A stretch of 64,000 nt of DNA from assembly GCA_963761305.1 (NCBI GenBank), contig CAVXGK010000002.1, forward strand, positions 800,001 through 864,000, in the 5' to 3' direction. The notes under the pieces were generated by a model. It saw only the letters and a list, made by a program, of their open reading frames with translations. It did no database searches and was not told the origin of the DNA. Origin of the DNA: an uncultured Gemmatimonadaceae bacterium (GTDB lineage: Bacteria > Gemmatimonadota > Gemmatimonadetes > Gemmatimonadales > Gemmatimonadaceae). Shown here piece by piece: positions 52,715 through 63,346 of the stretch (position 1 is its first letter; every line of letters begins with the position of its first letter). Both the position numbers and the translations under genes were made by a program.

Positions 52715-53580
52715 GCATCTTCATCGACAAGGACACGACCGTCATCGTGCAGGGCATCACGGGCCGCGACGGCTCGTTCCACGCCAAGCAGATGCTGGAG
52801 TACGGCACGCGCATCGTGGCCGGCGTCACGCCGGGCAAGGGCGCACAGCAATTCGAGGGCAAGACGCCGATCTTCAACACGGTCGCCGACGCCGTCGCGG
52901 CCACCGGCGCGAACACGTCGGTCATCTACGTGCCGCCCATGTTCGCCGCCGACGCGATCCTCGAGGCGGCCGACGCGGGCGTCAAGCTCGTCGTCGCGAT
53001 CACGGAGGGCGTTCCGGTGTTGGACATGACGCGCGTCTACCCCTTCGTGAAGGAGAAGGGCGCGCGGCTGATCGGCCCAAACTGCCCGGGTCTCATCACA
53101 CCCGGCCAATCCAAGGTCGGGATCATCCCCGGCCGCATCTGCACGCCGGGCCACGTCGGCGTCGTGAGTCGTTCTGGAACGCTCACCTACGAAGTCGTAT
53201 ACCAGTTGACTCGTGCCGGGCTCGGGCAGTCCACCTGCGTCGGCATCGGCGGCGATCCGATCAACGGCACGAACTTCATCGACTGCCTCGCCGCCTTCGA
53301 GGCGGATCCGAACACGAAAGCCGTGGCGATGATGGGTGAGATCGGCGGCACCGACGAGCAGGACGCGGCGACCTTCGTGAAGGAGCACATGAAGAAGCCC
53401 GTCGTCGGCTTCATCGCCGGGCAGACCGCGCCGCCGGGGCGCCGCATGGGACACGCCGGCGCGATCATCAGCGGTTCCGCGGGAACCGCTACTGAAAAAA
53501 TTGCGGCGTTCGAGGCGGCCGGGATGGGCGTCGCCAAGCGGCCGATCGATTTCGTGGAGCTGCTGCAGAAGCGTCTCTAG
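52711..53580 (+). CDS. sucD: Succinyl-CoA ligase alpha subunit
   Basis: [27 protein letters not shown]. Confidence 0.97.
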   Translation: MSIFIDKDTTVIVQGITGRDGSFHAKQMLEYGTRIVAGVTPGKGAQQFEGKTPIFNTVADAVAATGANTSVIYVPPMFAADAILEAADAGVKLVVAITEGVPVLDMTRVYPFVKEKGARLIGPNCPGLITPGQSKVGIIPGRICTPGHVGVVSRSGTLTYEVVYQLTRAGLGQSTCVGIGGDPINGTNFIDCLAAFEADPNTKAVAMMGEIGGTDEQDAATFVKEHMKKPVVGFIAGQTAPPGRRMGHAGAIISGSAGTATEKIAAFEAAGMGVAKRPIDFVELLQKRL

Positions 53581-53607
53581 CCGGCGCGCCGGGACCGGGG
53601 AGAAAAG

Positions 53608-53639
53608 ACAAATGGCTCGCCTTTCGGCGAGCCATTTGT
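53608..53639. terminator. Probable bidirectional intrinsic terminator
   Basis: 14-bp stem ACAAATGGCTCGCC-TTTC-GGCGAGCCATTTGT between convergent genes, with A/T-rich edges. Confidence 0.8.
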
Positions 53640-53688
53640 GCAGCGGGGCGTTCGGTGGGTCAGACCTGACCGCCCCTCGTCGAGTGCG

Positions 53689-54414
53689 TTACTGCCAGAG
53701 GACGTCGAAGCTATAGTGACCGTACCCCGGCTCGACGTCCTGGATCCGCAGGATGGCCGTGTACCCGTTGTCGGGCGACGGCTGCTGCGTCACGACGACG
53801 CGACCGCGGCCTTCACGCTCGGAGACGCGCACGCTCATCGCGCCATCCGGAATGCCGTTGAGCGTCGATTCGATCAACTGCGGATCGTGACCGCTCAACG
53901 TGTGATACGAAACGCGGTTGGGGCTCAGCACGATTTCGAGATCGTCATCGACATCGCCGCTCCATCGGAGCGCCACGTGCCGAGAGTCACTCATCGACTC
54001 ACGGTCGAGCGGTGGACCGAGTTCGCCGGCCGCGGCCGGTTGCCAGTCCGCCTCGAGTCGATAGAACCCGCTGCCGCCTTGCGGATCGCGAATTCGAATG
54101 ACCGTCGTGTATCCGTTCTCAGCCGTCGGTTGACGGATCACCTCGGCGCTCCCGCGCCCTTCCAGCACCTGCACGGTGACGTCGCCGTCACGGTGCGGCA
54201 TTGGGGACACCACGTTCACCCCGAGCTGCCCGGGCTCCGCCGGACCGATGTTGGTCGTCGACACCTGACCGCCGCTCATCGTGAGCAGAATCTGTTGATC
54301 GACGCGGCCAGTCCAACTGAACAGCTCGCGCTGTGCCCGCAGCGGCGATGCTCCCGCTCCGACAAGGCCCAGTACGGTTAACGCGCTCAAGTACTTGAAG
54401 TTTGTCGCTGGCAT
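53689..54414 (-). CDS. Secreted hypothetical protein with two tandem ~95-aa beta-rich repeats
   Basis: AGGAGG RBS before ATG 54414; signal peptide ending LRA|Q; both halves carry W.G.VD...EGRG...V..QP...NGYT...RI.D...G.G.Y.....W. Confidence 0.8.
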   Translation of the reverse strand: MPATNFKYLSALTVLGLVGAGASPLRAQRELFSWTGRVDQQILLTMSGGQVSTTNIGPAEPGQLGVNVVSPMPHRDGDVTVQVLEGRGSAEVIRQPTAENGYTTVIRIRDPQGGSGFYRLEADWQPAAAGELGPPLDRESMSDSRHVALRWSGDVDDDLEIVLSPNRVSYHTLSGHDPQLIESTLNGIPDGAMSVRVSEREGRGRVVVTQQPSPDNGYTAILRIQDVEPGYGHYSFDVLWQ

Positions 54415-54722
54415 GCAGACCTCCTGAAAAGCGACTGCCTCTTGGTAAAGCGAGATGCGGGCCGCTAGCGCGAGCAATGGTCCTTTGTCCTTAGTCGAAT
54501 CGCGGCCGAGGCCGGGGAACATTTGCGGCGGGCTCGAGGTGCCACGCGATGGCTCGCAATCGTCAGCGACGAAGCGACCGTCCGACGGAGAGCCCGCGGA
54601 AGGGGGACGGACCGAAGCCAACGACCCAGGTGAGCGCGAACGCCAGTGCGGCTACATTTGGGCGTCGCGTTCGCCCGATACCATCTCGAGCGACACAACT
54701 CTTGAAATCACAGGCAATCGAC

Positions 54723-55151
54723 ATGGCCGGCAACTATACCCTGACCATCATCAAACCCGACGCGCTGTCGACGGGCAAAGCAGGCAAGATCATCGCGCAC
54801 CTCGAGCAGCAGGGCTTCAAGGTCCTCGCGAGCCGCGTGGTCCACATGAATGAATCCCAGGCGGGCGAGTTTTACGCCGTGCACCGGGAACGGCCATTCT
54901 TCACGCCGCTCGTCGCGTTCATGACCTCGGGCCCGTGCATGCCCATGGTGCTCGAGAAGGACAACGCCGTCGCCGCGCTTCGAACAGCCATTGGCGCCAC
55001 CGATCCCGCGCAAGCTGATCCCGGCACGGTTCGCAAGCTGTTCGCGGAGTCGAAGGAACGAAACGCGATTCACGCCTCGGATTCCGACGAAAACGCCGCC
55101 CGGGAATCGCGCTTTTTCTTCTCCGAAGCCGACGTCCTCGGTGCCCGCTGA
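54723..55151 (+). CDS. ndk: Nucleoside diphosphate kinase
   Basis: IIKPD, FY..H.ERPFF, GATDP, NAIHASDS. Confidence 0.97.
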   Translation: MAGNYTLTIIKPDALSTGKAGKIIAHLEQQGFKVLASRVVHMNESQAGEFYAVHRERPFFTPLVAFMTSGPCMPMVLEKDNAVAALRTAIGATDPAQADPGTVRKLFAESKERNAIHASDSDENAARESRFFFSEADVLGAR

Positions 55152-55228
55152 TTGGAGCGTCGGCGTCGATCTAAGCTCTGTCGCCTCAGCAACTTGTAGT
55201 GAGACACGTGACGGGCTAGCTTTGGGGG

Positions 55229-55744
55229 ATGTTGTCATTCGACATTCGATCCCTCGATGCACACGCCTCGGTCGTCGACGAAGTGCTGTCGGCCGACGAT
55301 CCGGTCTGGGATCCAACCGATCGAAAACCCATCGACGGCGTGCACGTCACCGGCCGAATCTCCTCGGCCGGGCAAGGGCGTTTCTACTGGCACGGCCGCC
55401 TGACCGGCGACGTCATGCTCGAGTGCAGCCGCTGCCTGGCTGACGCAAAATCCCACGTGACCGACGAAGCGCACATCATCTTCGCCGAGCAAGGGAGCGA
55501 AGACGCCGACGAACCGGACGTGTACGTCTACGAGCGCACGGCGGCGAACCTCGACCTACGGCCCGCGCTGCGCGAACAGTGGCTGCTCGCGGCGCCGGCC
55601 TTCGCGCTCTGCCGGCCCGATTGCAAAGGTCTCTGCCCCCGCTGCGGCGTCGATCTCAACGCCGGACCGCACGAATGCGCAGAGCAGGCAGTGGATCCGC
55701 GCTGGGACGTGTTGCAGAAATTGAAGCAGTCGTCGTCGCGATAG
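55229..55744 (+). CDS. yceD: DUF177/YceD family protein
   Basis: ECSRCL, LCRPDCKGLCPRCG, DPRW; upstream of rpmF. Confidence 0.9.
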   Translation: MLSFDIRSLDAHASVVDEVLSADDPVWDPTDRKPIDGVHVTGRISSAGQGRFYWHGRLTGDVMLECSRCLADAKSHVTDEAHIIFAEQGSEDADEPDVYVYERTAANLDLRPALREQWLLAAPAFALCRPDCKGLCPRCGVDLNAGPHECAEQAVDPRWDVLQKLKQSSSR

Positions 55745-55792
55745 CGTCCCCGAGCCCTCGATTTACAACTCACCTCGCAACTTCTCACGACC

Positions 55793-55975
55793 ATGGCCGT
55801 CCCCAAGAGACGCACCTCGAAACGAAAGAAGCGCGCCCGCAACACGCACAAGAAAGCGCCCGCGGTCATTCTGCAGGCGTGTCCCAAGTGTGGCTCGCCC
55901 AAGCGACCGCACCGCGTGTGCGGTGAATGCGGCTTCTACGCCGGTAAACAGCGGGTCGAAGCCAGGGAAGCGTAG
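55793..55975 (+). CDS. rpmF: 50S ribosomal protein L32
   Basis: MAVPKRRTSK, CPKCG..PHRVCGECGFY. Confidence 0.97.
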   Translation: MAVPKRRTSKRKKRARNTHKKAPAVILQACPKCGSPKRPHRVCGECGFYAGKQRVEAREA

Positions 55976-55977
55976 CC

Positions 55978-56979
55978 TTGGCGCGAATCGCGTTGGACGC
56001 GATGGGGGGCGACTTCGCTCCCCAGGCGACCGTCGCCGGCGCGCTGCTCGCCCTGGGCGAGCTGGATGCAAGCCACACGCTGCAGCTCGTGGGTCGCACG
56101 AGCGTCGTCAACGAACAGCTCGAAGCGCTGCTCGCCGACCCGCAGTATGCCGCGGCGCGCGGGCAGCGCGATCGTGTGAGCGTCGTCGAAGCGGCCGACG
56201 TCATCGAGATGACGGACAAGCCGGGGGCGGCGATCCGCGGCAAGCCGAACAGCTCGATGATCGTCGGGCTCAAGCTTCAGGCCGAACGCAAGTCCGACGC
56301 GTTCGTTTCGGCCGGCAACACCGGCGCGCAAATGGCGGCGTCGATGATCGTGCTCAAGCTCCACGCGGGAGTCAAACGGCCGGCGATCGCGACGCTCTTT
56401 CCCACGGGACACAACCCGGTGGTGGTGCTCGACTCGGGCGCCAACGTCGATTGCTCGGCCGACGAGCTGGTACAGTTCGCGCGGCTCGGCGTCGTCTACG
56501 CCGAAGATCTGCTCGGCCGAACCAACCCGGCGGTCGGACTGCTGAGCATCGGTGAGGAACCGGAGAAGGGCAACGCGGTCTCCAAGGAAGCGCACCAGCT
56601 CCTGCAGTCGGCCGGCCTGAATTTTCTCGGCAACGTCGAAGGGCGCGACCTGCCCGCGGGAGCTTGCGACCGCGGTCTCATCGACGTCGTCGTCTGCGAC
56701 GGGTTCGTCGGCAACGTGGTCCTCAAATTCTACGAGGCCGTCGCGCCGCTCATCACGCGCTTGCTCGCCAAGGCCGGCGTGGATGAAAAGACGCTGATGA
56801 GCGCTCTTCGGCAGCTCGACTACTCCGAGCACGGCGGCGCGCCGCTCCTCGGCGTGAACGGCGTCAGCATCATCTCGCACGGCAAGTCGTCGCCGCGCGC
56901 CATCAAGAACGCCATCAAGGTCGGCGTGCAAGCCGTGGAGACGCGCATGAACGAGCACATCGGCCGGCATCTCGCATGA
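55978..56979 (+). CDS. plsX: Phosphate acyltransferase PlsX
   Basis: IALDAMGGDFAP, SAGNTGA, RPAIA, VCDGFVGNV, SHGKS. Confidence 0.97.
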   Translation: MARIALDAMGGDFAPQATVAGALLALGELDASHTLQLVGRTSVVNEQLEALLADPQYAAARGQRDRVSVVEAADVIEMTDKPGAAIRGKPNSSMIVGLKLQAERKSDAFVSAGNTGAQMAASMIVLKLHAGVKRPAIATLFPTGHNPVVVLDSGANVDCSADELVQFARLGVVYAEDLLGRTNPAVGLLSIGEEPEKGNAVSKEAHQLLQSAGLNFLGNVEGRDLPAGACDRGLIDVVVCDGFVGNVVLKFYEAVAPLITRLLAKAGVDEKTLMSALRQLDYSEHGGAPLLGVNGVSIISHGKSSPRAIKNAIKVGVQAVETRMNEHIGRHLA

Positions 56980-57962
56980 AACGACCGGTCGCGTATTTCG
57001 CCGGCACCGGTCGCGGCATCCCGTCCACCGTGATGACGAACTTCGATTTCGCGAAGATCGGCATCGAGACGACCGACGAATGGATCGTCGAGCGCACGGG
57101 GATCAAGGAACGCCACATCGCCAAGACCGAAAGTGCGACCGATCTCGCGGCAAGCGCGTCGCGACTGGCGATGGAAAAAGCCGGAGTGCAGGCCGGCGAG
57201 ATCGACATCATCGTGCTCGGCACCGCGTCGCCCGATCGTTTGCTGCCGTCGGCGGCGGTGGATCTTCAGGCGGCGCTCGGCGCGAGCCGCGCGGCGGCAT
57301 TCGACGTCGGCGCCGCGTGCTCGGGATTCATCTACAGCACGACGGTCGCCGAAAGCATGATCGCGGCCGGGAACGCCGACACGGCGCTCGTCGTCGGCGT
57401 GGAGAAGCTGAGCGCGATCACCGACTGGACCGACCGTTCCACGTGCGTGCTGTTCGGCGACGGCGCCGGCGCCGCGGTGCTCCAGCGGTCGAAGCACCAC
57501 AAAGGGATTCTCTCGACCTTCGTGCGCAGCGACGGAACGCTCGGCGATTTGCTCTGTCGCCCGTCGGGCGGCGCCGCTCGGCCGTTCTCGGCCGACGTCC
57601 TCGCCGACCACTCGCAGTTCATCACGATGAACGGCCGAGAGGTGTTCAAGAACGCCGTGCGGTCGATGTCGGAGGCGGCGACGCGGGCCCTCGACGCCGC
57701 CAAGCTCACCGGCGCCGACATCGACCTGATGATTCCGCACCAGGCGAACATCCGCATCATCGAGGCGACGGCCAAGCACGCCAACATCTCGATGGACAAG
57801 GTCTACGTGAACGTGGACCGCTTCGGCAACACCTCGGCGGCATCGGTGCCGATCGCGCTCGACGAGGCGATCGAGAAGGGCGTCATCGGCGAAGGCTCGA
57901 CCGTGCTGCTCGTCGCCTTTGGCGCGGGCTTCACGTGGGGCTCGTTGGTCGTCCGCCTTTGA
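56976..57962 (+). CDS. fabH: Beta-ketoacyl-ACP synthase III
   Basis: AACSGF, LFGDGAGA, PHQAN, GNTSAAS. Confidence 0.97.
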   Translation: MKRPVAYFAGTGRGIPSTVMTNFDFAKIGIETTDEWIVERTGIKERHIAKTESATDLAASASRLAMEKAGVQAGEIDIIVLGTASPDRLLPSAAVDLQAALGASRAAAFDVGAACSGFIYSTTVAESMIAAGNADTALVVGVEKLSAITDWTDRSTCVLFGDGAGAAVLQRSKHHKGILSTFVRSDGTLGDLLCRPSGGAARPFSADVLADHSQFITMNGREVFKNAVRSMSEAATRALDAAKLTGADIDLMIPHQANIRIIEATAKHANISMDKVYVNVDRFGNTSAASVPIALDEAIEKGVIGEGSTVLLVAFGAGFTWGSLVVRL

Positions 57963-57964
57963 CG

Positions 57965-58906
57965 ATGGACGTCGTACTTCTATTCCCGGGTCAGGGCTCC
58001 CAGAAGCCGGGCATGGCGAAGGATCTCGTGGATGCCTTCGCCGAAGCACGCGACGTGTTCGATCGGGCCGACGCCGCCCTTGGCGTGCCCCTCAGCCGTC
58101 TGTGCTTCGACGGTCCGGCCGAGGAGCTCACGCTGACCCAGAATGCGCAGCCGGCGCTCCTGGCGCACGGCGCCGCCGTCTGGGCGATCGTGAAGGACGC
58201 GATCGCGTCGCGCGTCGTCGCGGCGGCGGGGCACTCGCTCGGAGAGTTGACCGCATATCACGCCGCCGGTTCGTTCGGCGTCGAAGACGCGGTTCGCGTC
58301 GTGCGCCGCCGCGGCGAGCTGATGTACGAGAGCGGCGTGAGGCAGCCCGGCACGATGGCGGCAATTCTGGGAGACGCAAGTCGTCCTACGGACGAGATCT
58401 GCGAGCAGGCGACGCGCGAAGCGGGACTCGTCGTTCCGGCGAACTACAATTGCCCCGGACAGCTCGTCGTGAGCGGAGAGATCGCCGGCGTCGAGCGGGC
58501 GATGGCGCTGTTCAAGGAAGCCGGCGCGAAGCGCGCGATTCGGCTGAACGTGAGCGGTGCGTTTCACTCCCCGCTCATGGAAAGCGCCTCCGATGGGCTC
58601 TCCAAAGCGCTTGATTCCTTGTCATTTGGCGACCCTGACTTCCCGGTCTACTCGAATGTGACGGCCGAGCCCGTGACGGGCGCCGCTTCCGGCAAGAGCC
58701 TTTTGCTGAAACAGCTCGCCAGCCCGGTTCGCTGGAGCGACGAAGTCGCCGCGATCGGACGCGCCCATCCGAACGCGCTGTACGTCGAGATGGGGCCGGG
58801 TTCCGTGCTCGTGGGGCTCGTGAAGAAGATCGATCCCTCGCTCAAGACGGCGACGTGCGGCACCGCCGACGAAGTCGGACAGCTCACCGAGCTCGCCCTC
58901 GCGTGA
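57965..58906 (+). CDS. fabD: Malonyl-CoA:ACP transacylase
   Basis: FPGQGSQ, GHSLGE, SGAFHS, SPVRW. Confidence 0.97.
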   Translation: MDVVLLFPGQGSQKPGMAKDLVDAFAEARDVFDRADAALGVPLSRLCFDGPAEELTLTQNAQPALLAHGAAVWAIVKDAIASRVVAAAGHSLGELTAYHAAGSFGVEDAVRVVRRRGELMYESGVRQPGTMAAILGDASRPTDEICEQATREAGLVVPANYNCPGQLVVSGEIAGVERAMALFKEAGAKRAIRLNVSGAFHSPLMESASDGLSKALDSLSFGDPDFPVYSNVTAEPVTGAASGKSLLLKQLASPVRWSDEVAAIGRAHPNALYVEMGPGSVLVGLVKKIDPSLKTATCGTADEVGQLTELALA

Positions 58907-59640
58907 AGATCGACCTCACGGGGCGAGTCGCGCTCGTCACGGGCAGCACGCGCGGCATCGGTCGCGCGATCGCCGAGTCGTTGGCGAACGCTGGCGCTCG
59001 CCTCGCCGTCGTGGGTCGCGACGCCGAGCGTGCGAAGGAAGCGGCCGCGGCCATCTCGGCGGAATCGCGGGGATACGGCTGCGACATGGGCGACGCGACA
59101 GCCGTCGCGGGACTCGTCGAGAGCGTCGAGCGCGACTTCGGGGCGATCGACATTCTGGTCAACAACGCGGGGCTCAACCGCGACAACCTGCTGATGCGTC
59201 TCAAGGACGACGACTGGGACGCCGTATTGAACACCAATCTCCGCGGAGCATTCGTCGCCATGCGCGCCGCTACGCGCGGCATGATGAAGCGTCGCTGGGG
59301 TCGGATCATCAACATCTCGAGCGTCGTCGGGGTCGTCGGCAACAAGGGTCAGGCGAACTACGCGGCGAGCAAGGCGGGGCTCATCGGCCTCACGAAGTCC
59401 GTCGCCAAGGAGCTGGCGTCGCGGAACATCCTCGCCAACGTCGTTGCTCCCGGTTTCATCGAGACCGACATGACGCACGCGATGACGGACGAGGCCAAGA
59501 AAACCCTCTACACGCAGATCCCGCTCGAACGTCTCGGCACCCCGGCCGACGTAGCCAACGTCGTGACATTTCTCTCGTCCGATCTCGCGAGCTACATCAC
59601 CGGACAAGTGTTCGTCGTCGACGGCGGGATGGTCATGTGA
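58903..59640 (+). CDS. fabG: 3-oxoacyl-ACP reductase
   Basis: TGSTRGIG, NNAG, YAASK, PGFIETDM. Confidence 0.96.
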   Translation: MKIDLTGRVALVTGSTRGIGRAIAESLANAGARLAVVGRDAERAKEAAAAISAESRGYGCDMGDATAVAGLVESVERDFGAIDILVNNAGLNRDNLLMRLKDDDWDAVLNTNLRGAFVAMRAATRGMMKRRWGRIINISSVVGVVGNKGQANYAASKAGLIGLTKSVAKELASRNILANVVAPGFIETDMTHAMTDEAKKTLYTQIPLERLGTPADVANVVTFLSSDLASYITGQVFVVDGGMVM

Positions 59641-59698
59641 CGACGCCGGAGACGACAGGAAGGCCGGGGTCGCATCTTCCAATGCCGATTCACGTTAG

Positions 59699-59728
59699 CT
59701 GACAATGACCGCCCGGGCTGAGTAGATT
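59699..59728 (+). promoter_or_regulatory. Putative internal promoter for acpP
   Basis: CTGACA-N18-TAGATT in the fabG-acpP gap. Confidence 0.45.
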
Positions 59729-59779
59729 GTTCGCACACCCCCGCTCCCAATTCTTCTATCCGACCGAGGACTGATTCAA

Positions 59780-60025
59780 ATGCCCGACAACGCTCAGAAG
59801 GTTCGTGACATTATCGAGAAGGAACTGGGCGTGGAGCGTGAAAAGCTCACCGACCAGGCGAGCTTCATCGAGGATCTCGGGGCCGACAGCCTCGACATCG
59901 TCGAACTCGTCATGGAGTTCGAGAAGGAGTTCAACATCGACATCCCCGATGAGGATGCCGAGAAGCTCCGCACGGTGGGCGACGCGGTCGGTTATCTGAA
60001 TCAGAAGGTCGGGACCACCGCGTGA
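59780..60025 (+). CDS. acpP: Acyl carrier protein
   Basis: [22 protein letters not shown]. Confidence 0.97.
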   Translation: MPDNAQKVRDIIEKELGVEREKLTDQASFIEDLGADSLDIVELVMEFEKEFNIDIPDEDAEKLRTVGDAVGYLNQKVGTTA

Positions 60026-61269
60026 GCAAACGCCGGGTCGTCGTCACCGGAATGGGGGCGATCACGCCAGTCGGCAACGACGTGGCGACGACTTGGCGCG
60101 CGATCACCGAGGGAGTGTCCGGTGGTGGGCCGATCACGAAGTTCGACGCATCGACGTTCCCGGTCCGCTTCGCGTGCGAGGTGAAGGGCTTCGATCCACT
60201 CGTCTACCTCGAGCGCAAAGAGGCCAAGCGGGCCGACCCGTTCGCTCAGTACGCCATCGCCGCGTCGGTCCAGGCCATGGCCGACGCCGGGCTCGATAAC
60301 GGTTCGCCCTACGATCCGGATCGACTCGGCGTCATCATCGGCAGCGGCATCGGCGGCTTGAAGACGTTCGAAGAACAGCACGACGTCTACCGCGAGCGGG
60401 GACAGAGCAAGATCAGCGCGTTCTTCATCCCGATGTTCATCTCGGACATCGCGGCCGGCCTCGTGTCGATGCGGTTCAACGCCAAGGGCCCGAACTACGC
60501 CACGATCTCGGCGTGCGCCACCAGTGCGCACGCGATCGGCGACGCGTTCCGGACCATCCAGTACGGCGACGCCGACGTCATCATCACCGGCGGATCGGAG
60601 GCCACCGTCACGCCAATGGCCATCGGCGGCTTCGCGAACATGAAGGCGCTCTCCGAGCGCAACGATTCCCCCGAGACGGCCTCGCGTCCGTTCGACGCGA
60701 CGCGTGACGGATTCGTGATGGGCGAAGGCGGCGGCATCGTCATTCTCGAGAGCCTCGAGGGAGCCCTCAGCCGCGGCGCGCCGATTTACGCCGAGATCGT
60801 CGGCTACGGCGCGACGGGCGACGCGTACCATCTGACGGCGCCGGCGCCCGACGGCGAAGGCGCGCAGCGCGCGATGCGTCGTGCGATGAACGACGCCAAG
60901 TTCGCGCCCGGCGACATCGAGTACATCAACGCGCACGGCACGTCGACGCCCGCCAACGATCTCAACGAGACCAAGGCCATCAAAGCCGTCTTCGGTGACG
61001 CCGCGAAGACGGTGAACGTCAGCTCCACCAAATCGATGACCGGCCACATGCTCGGCGCGGCCGGCGCGGTGGAGTTCATCATCGGCGCGCTGGCCGTGCG
61101 CGACTGTGTGATTCCTCCGACGATCAACTACCACACGCCGGATCCGGAGTTGGATCTGAACTACACACCGAACGTCGCCGCCACCCGTCCGGTGCGCGCC
61201 GTGTTGAGCAACAGCTTCGGCTTCGGGGGTCATAACGTGACCCTCGCGATCAAGCGCTTCGAGGAGTAG
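60022..61269 (+). CDS. fabF: Beta-ketoacyl-ACP synthase II
   Basis: [27 protein letters not shown]. Confidence 0.97.
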   Translation: MSKRRVVVTGMGAITPVGNDVATTWRAITEGVSGGGPITKFDASTFPVRFACEVKGFDPLVYLERKEAKRADPFAQYAIAASVQAMADAGLDNGSPYDPDRLGVIIGSGIGGLKTFEEQHDVYRERGQSKISAFFIPMFISDIAAGLVSMRFNAKGPNYATISACATSAHAIGDAFRTIQYGDADVIITGGSEATVTPMAIGGFANMKALSERNDSPETASRPFDATRDGFVMGEGGGIVILESLEGALSRGAPIYAEIVGYGATGDAYHLTAPAPDGEGAQRAMRRAMNDAKFAPGDIEYINAHGTSTPANDLNETKAIKAVFGDAAKTVNVSSTKSMTGHMLGAAGAVEFIIGALAVRDCVIPPTINYHTPDPELDLNYTPNVAATRPVRAVLSNSFGFGGHNVTLAIKRFEE

Positions 61270-61273
61270 CGAC

Positions 61274-62470
61274 GTGCCGTCGCCGGCAGTCTCACTCGAT
61301 GCGGGGCTGATCGGCGACTCGGCGCTTCGTCCGGTCGCCGACAAGGTCGCGCGCGGCGAACGGTTGAGCGTCGCCGACGGCGTGGCGCTGTTCGAGAGCA
61401 GCGATCTCCTCGGCATCGGCCACATGGCCGACACGGTGAATCGCGCCAAGCACGGCGACCGCGTCACGTTCGCCGCGAACCAGCACCTCAACCCGACGAA
61501 CATCTGCATTCTGCGGAAGACGTGCGTCTTCTGCTCGTACGCCCGGCTGCCGAAGGAGGAGGGCGCGTACCGCTACACCCTCGAGCAGGTGTACGAGGAA
61601 GCCGCCTCGTCGAACAGCACGCTGACGCGCGAATTCCACATCGTCGGCGGCCTCGACATGCACGCGGGGCTGGACTACTACGTCGAGATGTTCCGCGGTC
61701 TCAAGCAGCGCTTTCCGCACGTTCACATCAAGGCGCTCACCGCGGTCGAGATCGCGCACATCGCGCGCATCAGCAAGTTGTCGGTCCGCGACACGCTCAT
61801 CGCGCTGCAAGACGCGGGGCTCGACACGATGCCCGGCGGCGGCGCCGAGGTGTTCAGCCCGGGCGTGCGGGCGACGATCGCCGACAAGAAGCTGTCGGGC
61901 GAGGAGTACATCGCCGTCCACCGCGAGGCCCATTCGCTCGGCATTCGCAGCAACTGCACGATGCTCTACGGCCACGTCGAGACGTACGCCGACCGCATGG
62001 CGCACCTCGACATGCTGCGCGACCTGCAGGACGAGACCGGCGGCTTCCTCGCCTACATCCCGCTCGCCTACCACCCGGACAACAACGAGCTGGGTGAGAC
62101 GCTGCACCGCACCGGCCTCGCGACCAGCGGCTTCGACGACCTCAAGAACCTCGCCGTGGCGCGGCTCTTCCTCGACAACTTCGACCACATCAAGTCGCAC
62201 TGGATCATGGTCACGCCGTTCGTGTCGCAGACGTCGCTGCACTTCGGCGTGAACGATCTCGAAGGCACCGTCGTCCGCGAGAAGATCTATCACGAAGCCG
62301 GCGCGCACACCGCGCAGGCGATGACGCTCGACCAACTGCTGCGCCTGATTCGCGGCGCCAAGAAAGTGCCGGCCGAACGCGACTCGTTCTACAACGTGAT
62401 TCGCACGTTCGACGAGCCGACGCCGTCGTCGTCGCCGACGACCGGCGGCCAATCCTCGATCGCCGCGTGA
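61274..62470 (+). CDS. mqnE: Aminofutalosine synthase MqnE (radical SAM, CofH-like)
   Basis: HLNPTNIC..C..C, HIVGG, HIKALTAVEI, MPGGGAE, TMLYGHVE, HIKSHW; adjacent to mqnA and mqnC. Confidence 0.88.
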   Translation: MPSPAVSLDAGLIGDSALRPVADKVARGERLSVADGVALFESSDLLGIGHMADTVNRAKHGDRVTFAANQHLNPTNICILRKTCVFCSYARLPKEEGAYRYTLEQVYEEAASSNSTLTREFHIVGGLDMHAGLDYYVEMFRGLKQRFPHVHIKALTAVEIAHIARISKLSVRDTLIALQDAGLDTMPGGGAEVFSPGVRATIADKKLSGEEYIAVHREAHSLGIRSNCTMLYGHVETYADRMAHLDMLRDLQDETGGFLAYIPLAYHPDNNELGETLHRTGLATSGFDDLKNLAVARLFLDNFDHIKSHWIMVTPFVSQTSLHFGVNDLEGTVVREKIYHEAGAHTAQAMTLDQLLRLIRGAKKVPAERDSFYNVIRTFDEPTPSSSPTTGGQSSIAA

Positions 62471-63336
62471 GCACGATGCGCGTCGGCCGAATCCCGTACA
62501 TCAACTGCTATCCGGTCTACGGCGCTATTGATAGGGGCGTGGTGCCGCTGAACGGGGAGCTGGTCGACGGCGTGCCGACGGAGCTCAATCGACAGATGGC
62601 GGCCGGCACGCTCGACGTGAGCGTGATCTCGGCCGTCGAGTACGCGCGCGACGCGAAGCGGTACCTGCTGCTGCCCGATCTCTCGATCTGCAGCGACGGG
62701 CCGGTGCGGAGCGTCGTGCTGTTCTCCAAGCGGCCGGCGTCCGAGCTGCACGGACGGCGCGTGCTCGTCAGCCGCAGCTCGATGACCAGCGTCGCGCTGC
62801 TCGAGCTCCTGTTCAACGACGTGTGGGACGCGAAGCCCGCGTTCGTGCCGAGCGACGCCGAGTTGGCGGACATCGCCCGCTTCGGCGACGAGGAGCACGA
62901 CGCGCGGCTCGTCATCGGCGATGCGGCGCTGCACCTCTGGTCGCGGCTTCGCTCGCCGGAATCGCTGGGCGCCGACCACACGCTGGGCCAGTACCGATTC
63001 GCCTACGATCTCGGCAGCGAGTGGAAGGCGTGGACGGGACTCCCGTTCGTCTTCGCCGTATGGGTCGCGCAGCGTACCGCGGCCGTCGACCGCGCGCTGG
63101 CGATTCACGCCGGACTCATCGCGTCGCGCGACTGGGGGCTTCAGCATCTCGACGCGCTCGCTGCGCAGGCCGCGGTCGCGACGGGCGTCCTCAAACCCGT
63201 GTGCGCCGAATATCTGTCCGGGCTCGACTACGGATTGTCGTATCAGCACCTTGCTGGTCTCACCGAGTTCTTTCGGCGTCTCGTCGCGGCGGGGAAGGTG
63301 CCCGACGGGTCGCTCGCGTTTCTTCCGGCGGCCTGA
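62467..63336 (+). CDS. mqnA: Chorismate dehydratase MqnA
   Basis: GRIPYINC.P, GPVRSV, S.TSVAL, LVIGDAAL, DLG.EW..WTGLPFVFAVW. Confidence 0.92.
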   Translation: MSTMRVGRIPYINCYPVYGAIDRGVVPLNGELVDGVPTELNRQMAAGTLDVSVISAVEYARDAKRYLLLPDLSICSDGPVRSVVLFSKRPASELHGRRVLVSRSSMTSVALLELLFNDVWDAKPAFVPSDAELADIARFGDEEHDARLVIGDAALHLWSRLRSPESLGADHTLGQYRFAYDLGSEWKAWTGLPFVFAVWVAQRTAAVDRALAIHAGLIASRDWGLQHLDALAAQAAVATGVLKPVCAEYLSGLDYGLSYQHLAGLTEFFRRLVAAGKVPDGSLAFLPAA

Positions 63337-63346
63337 CACACCTGAC

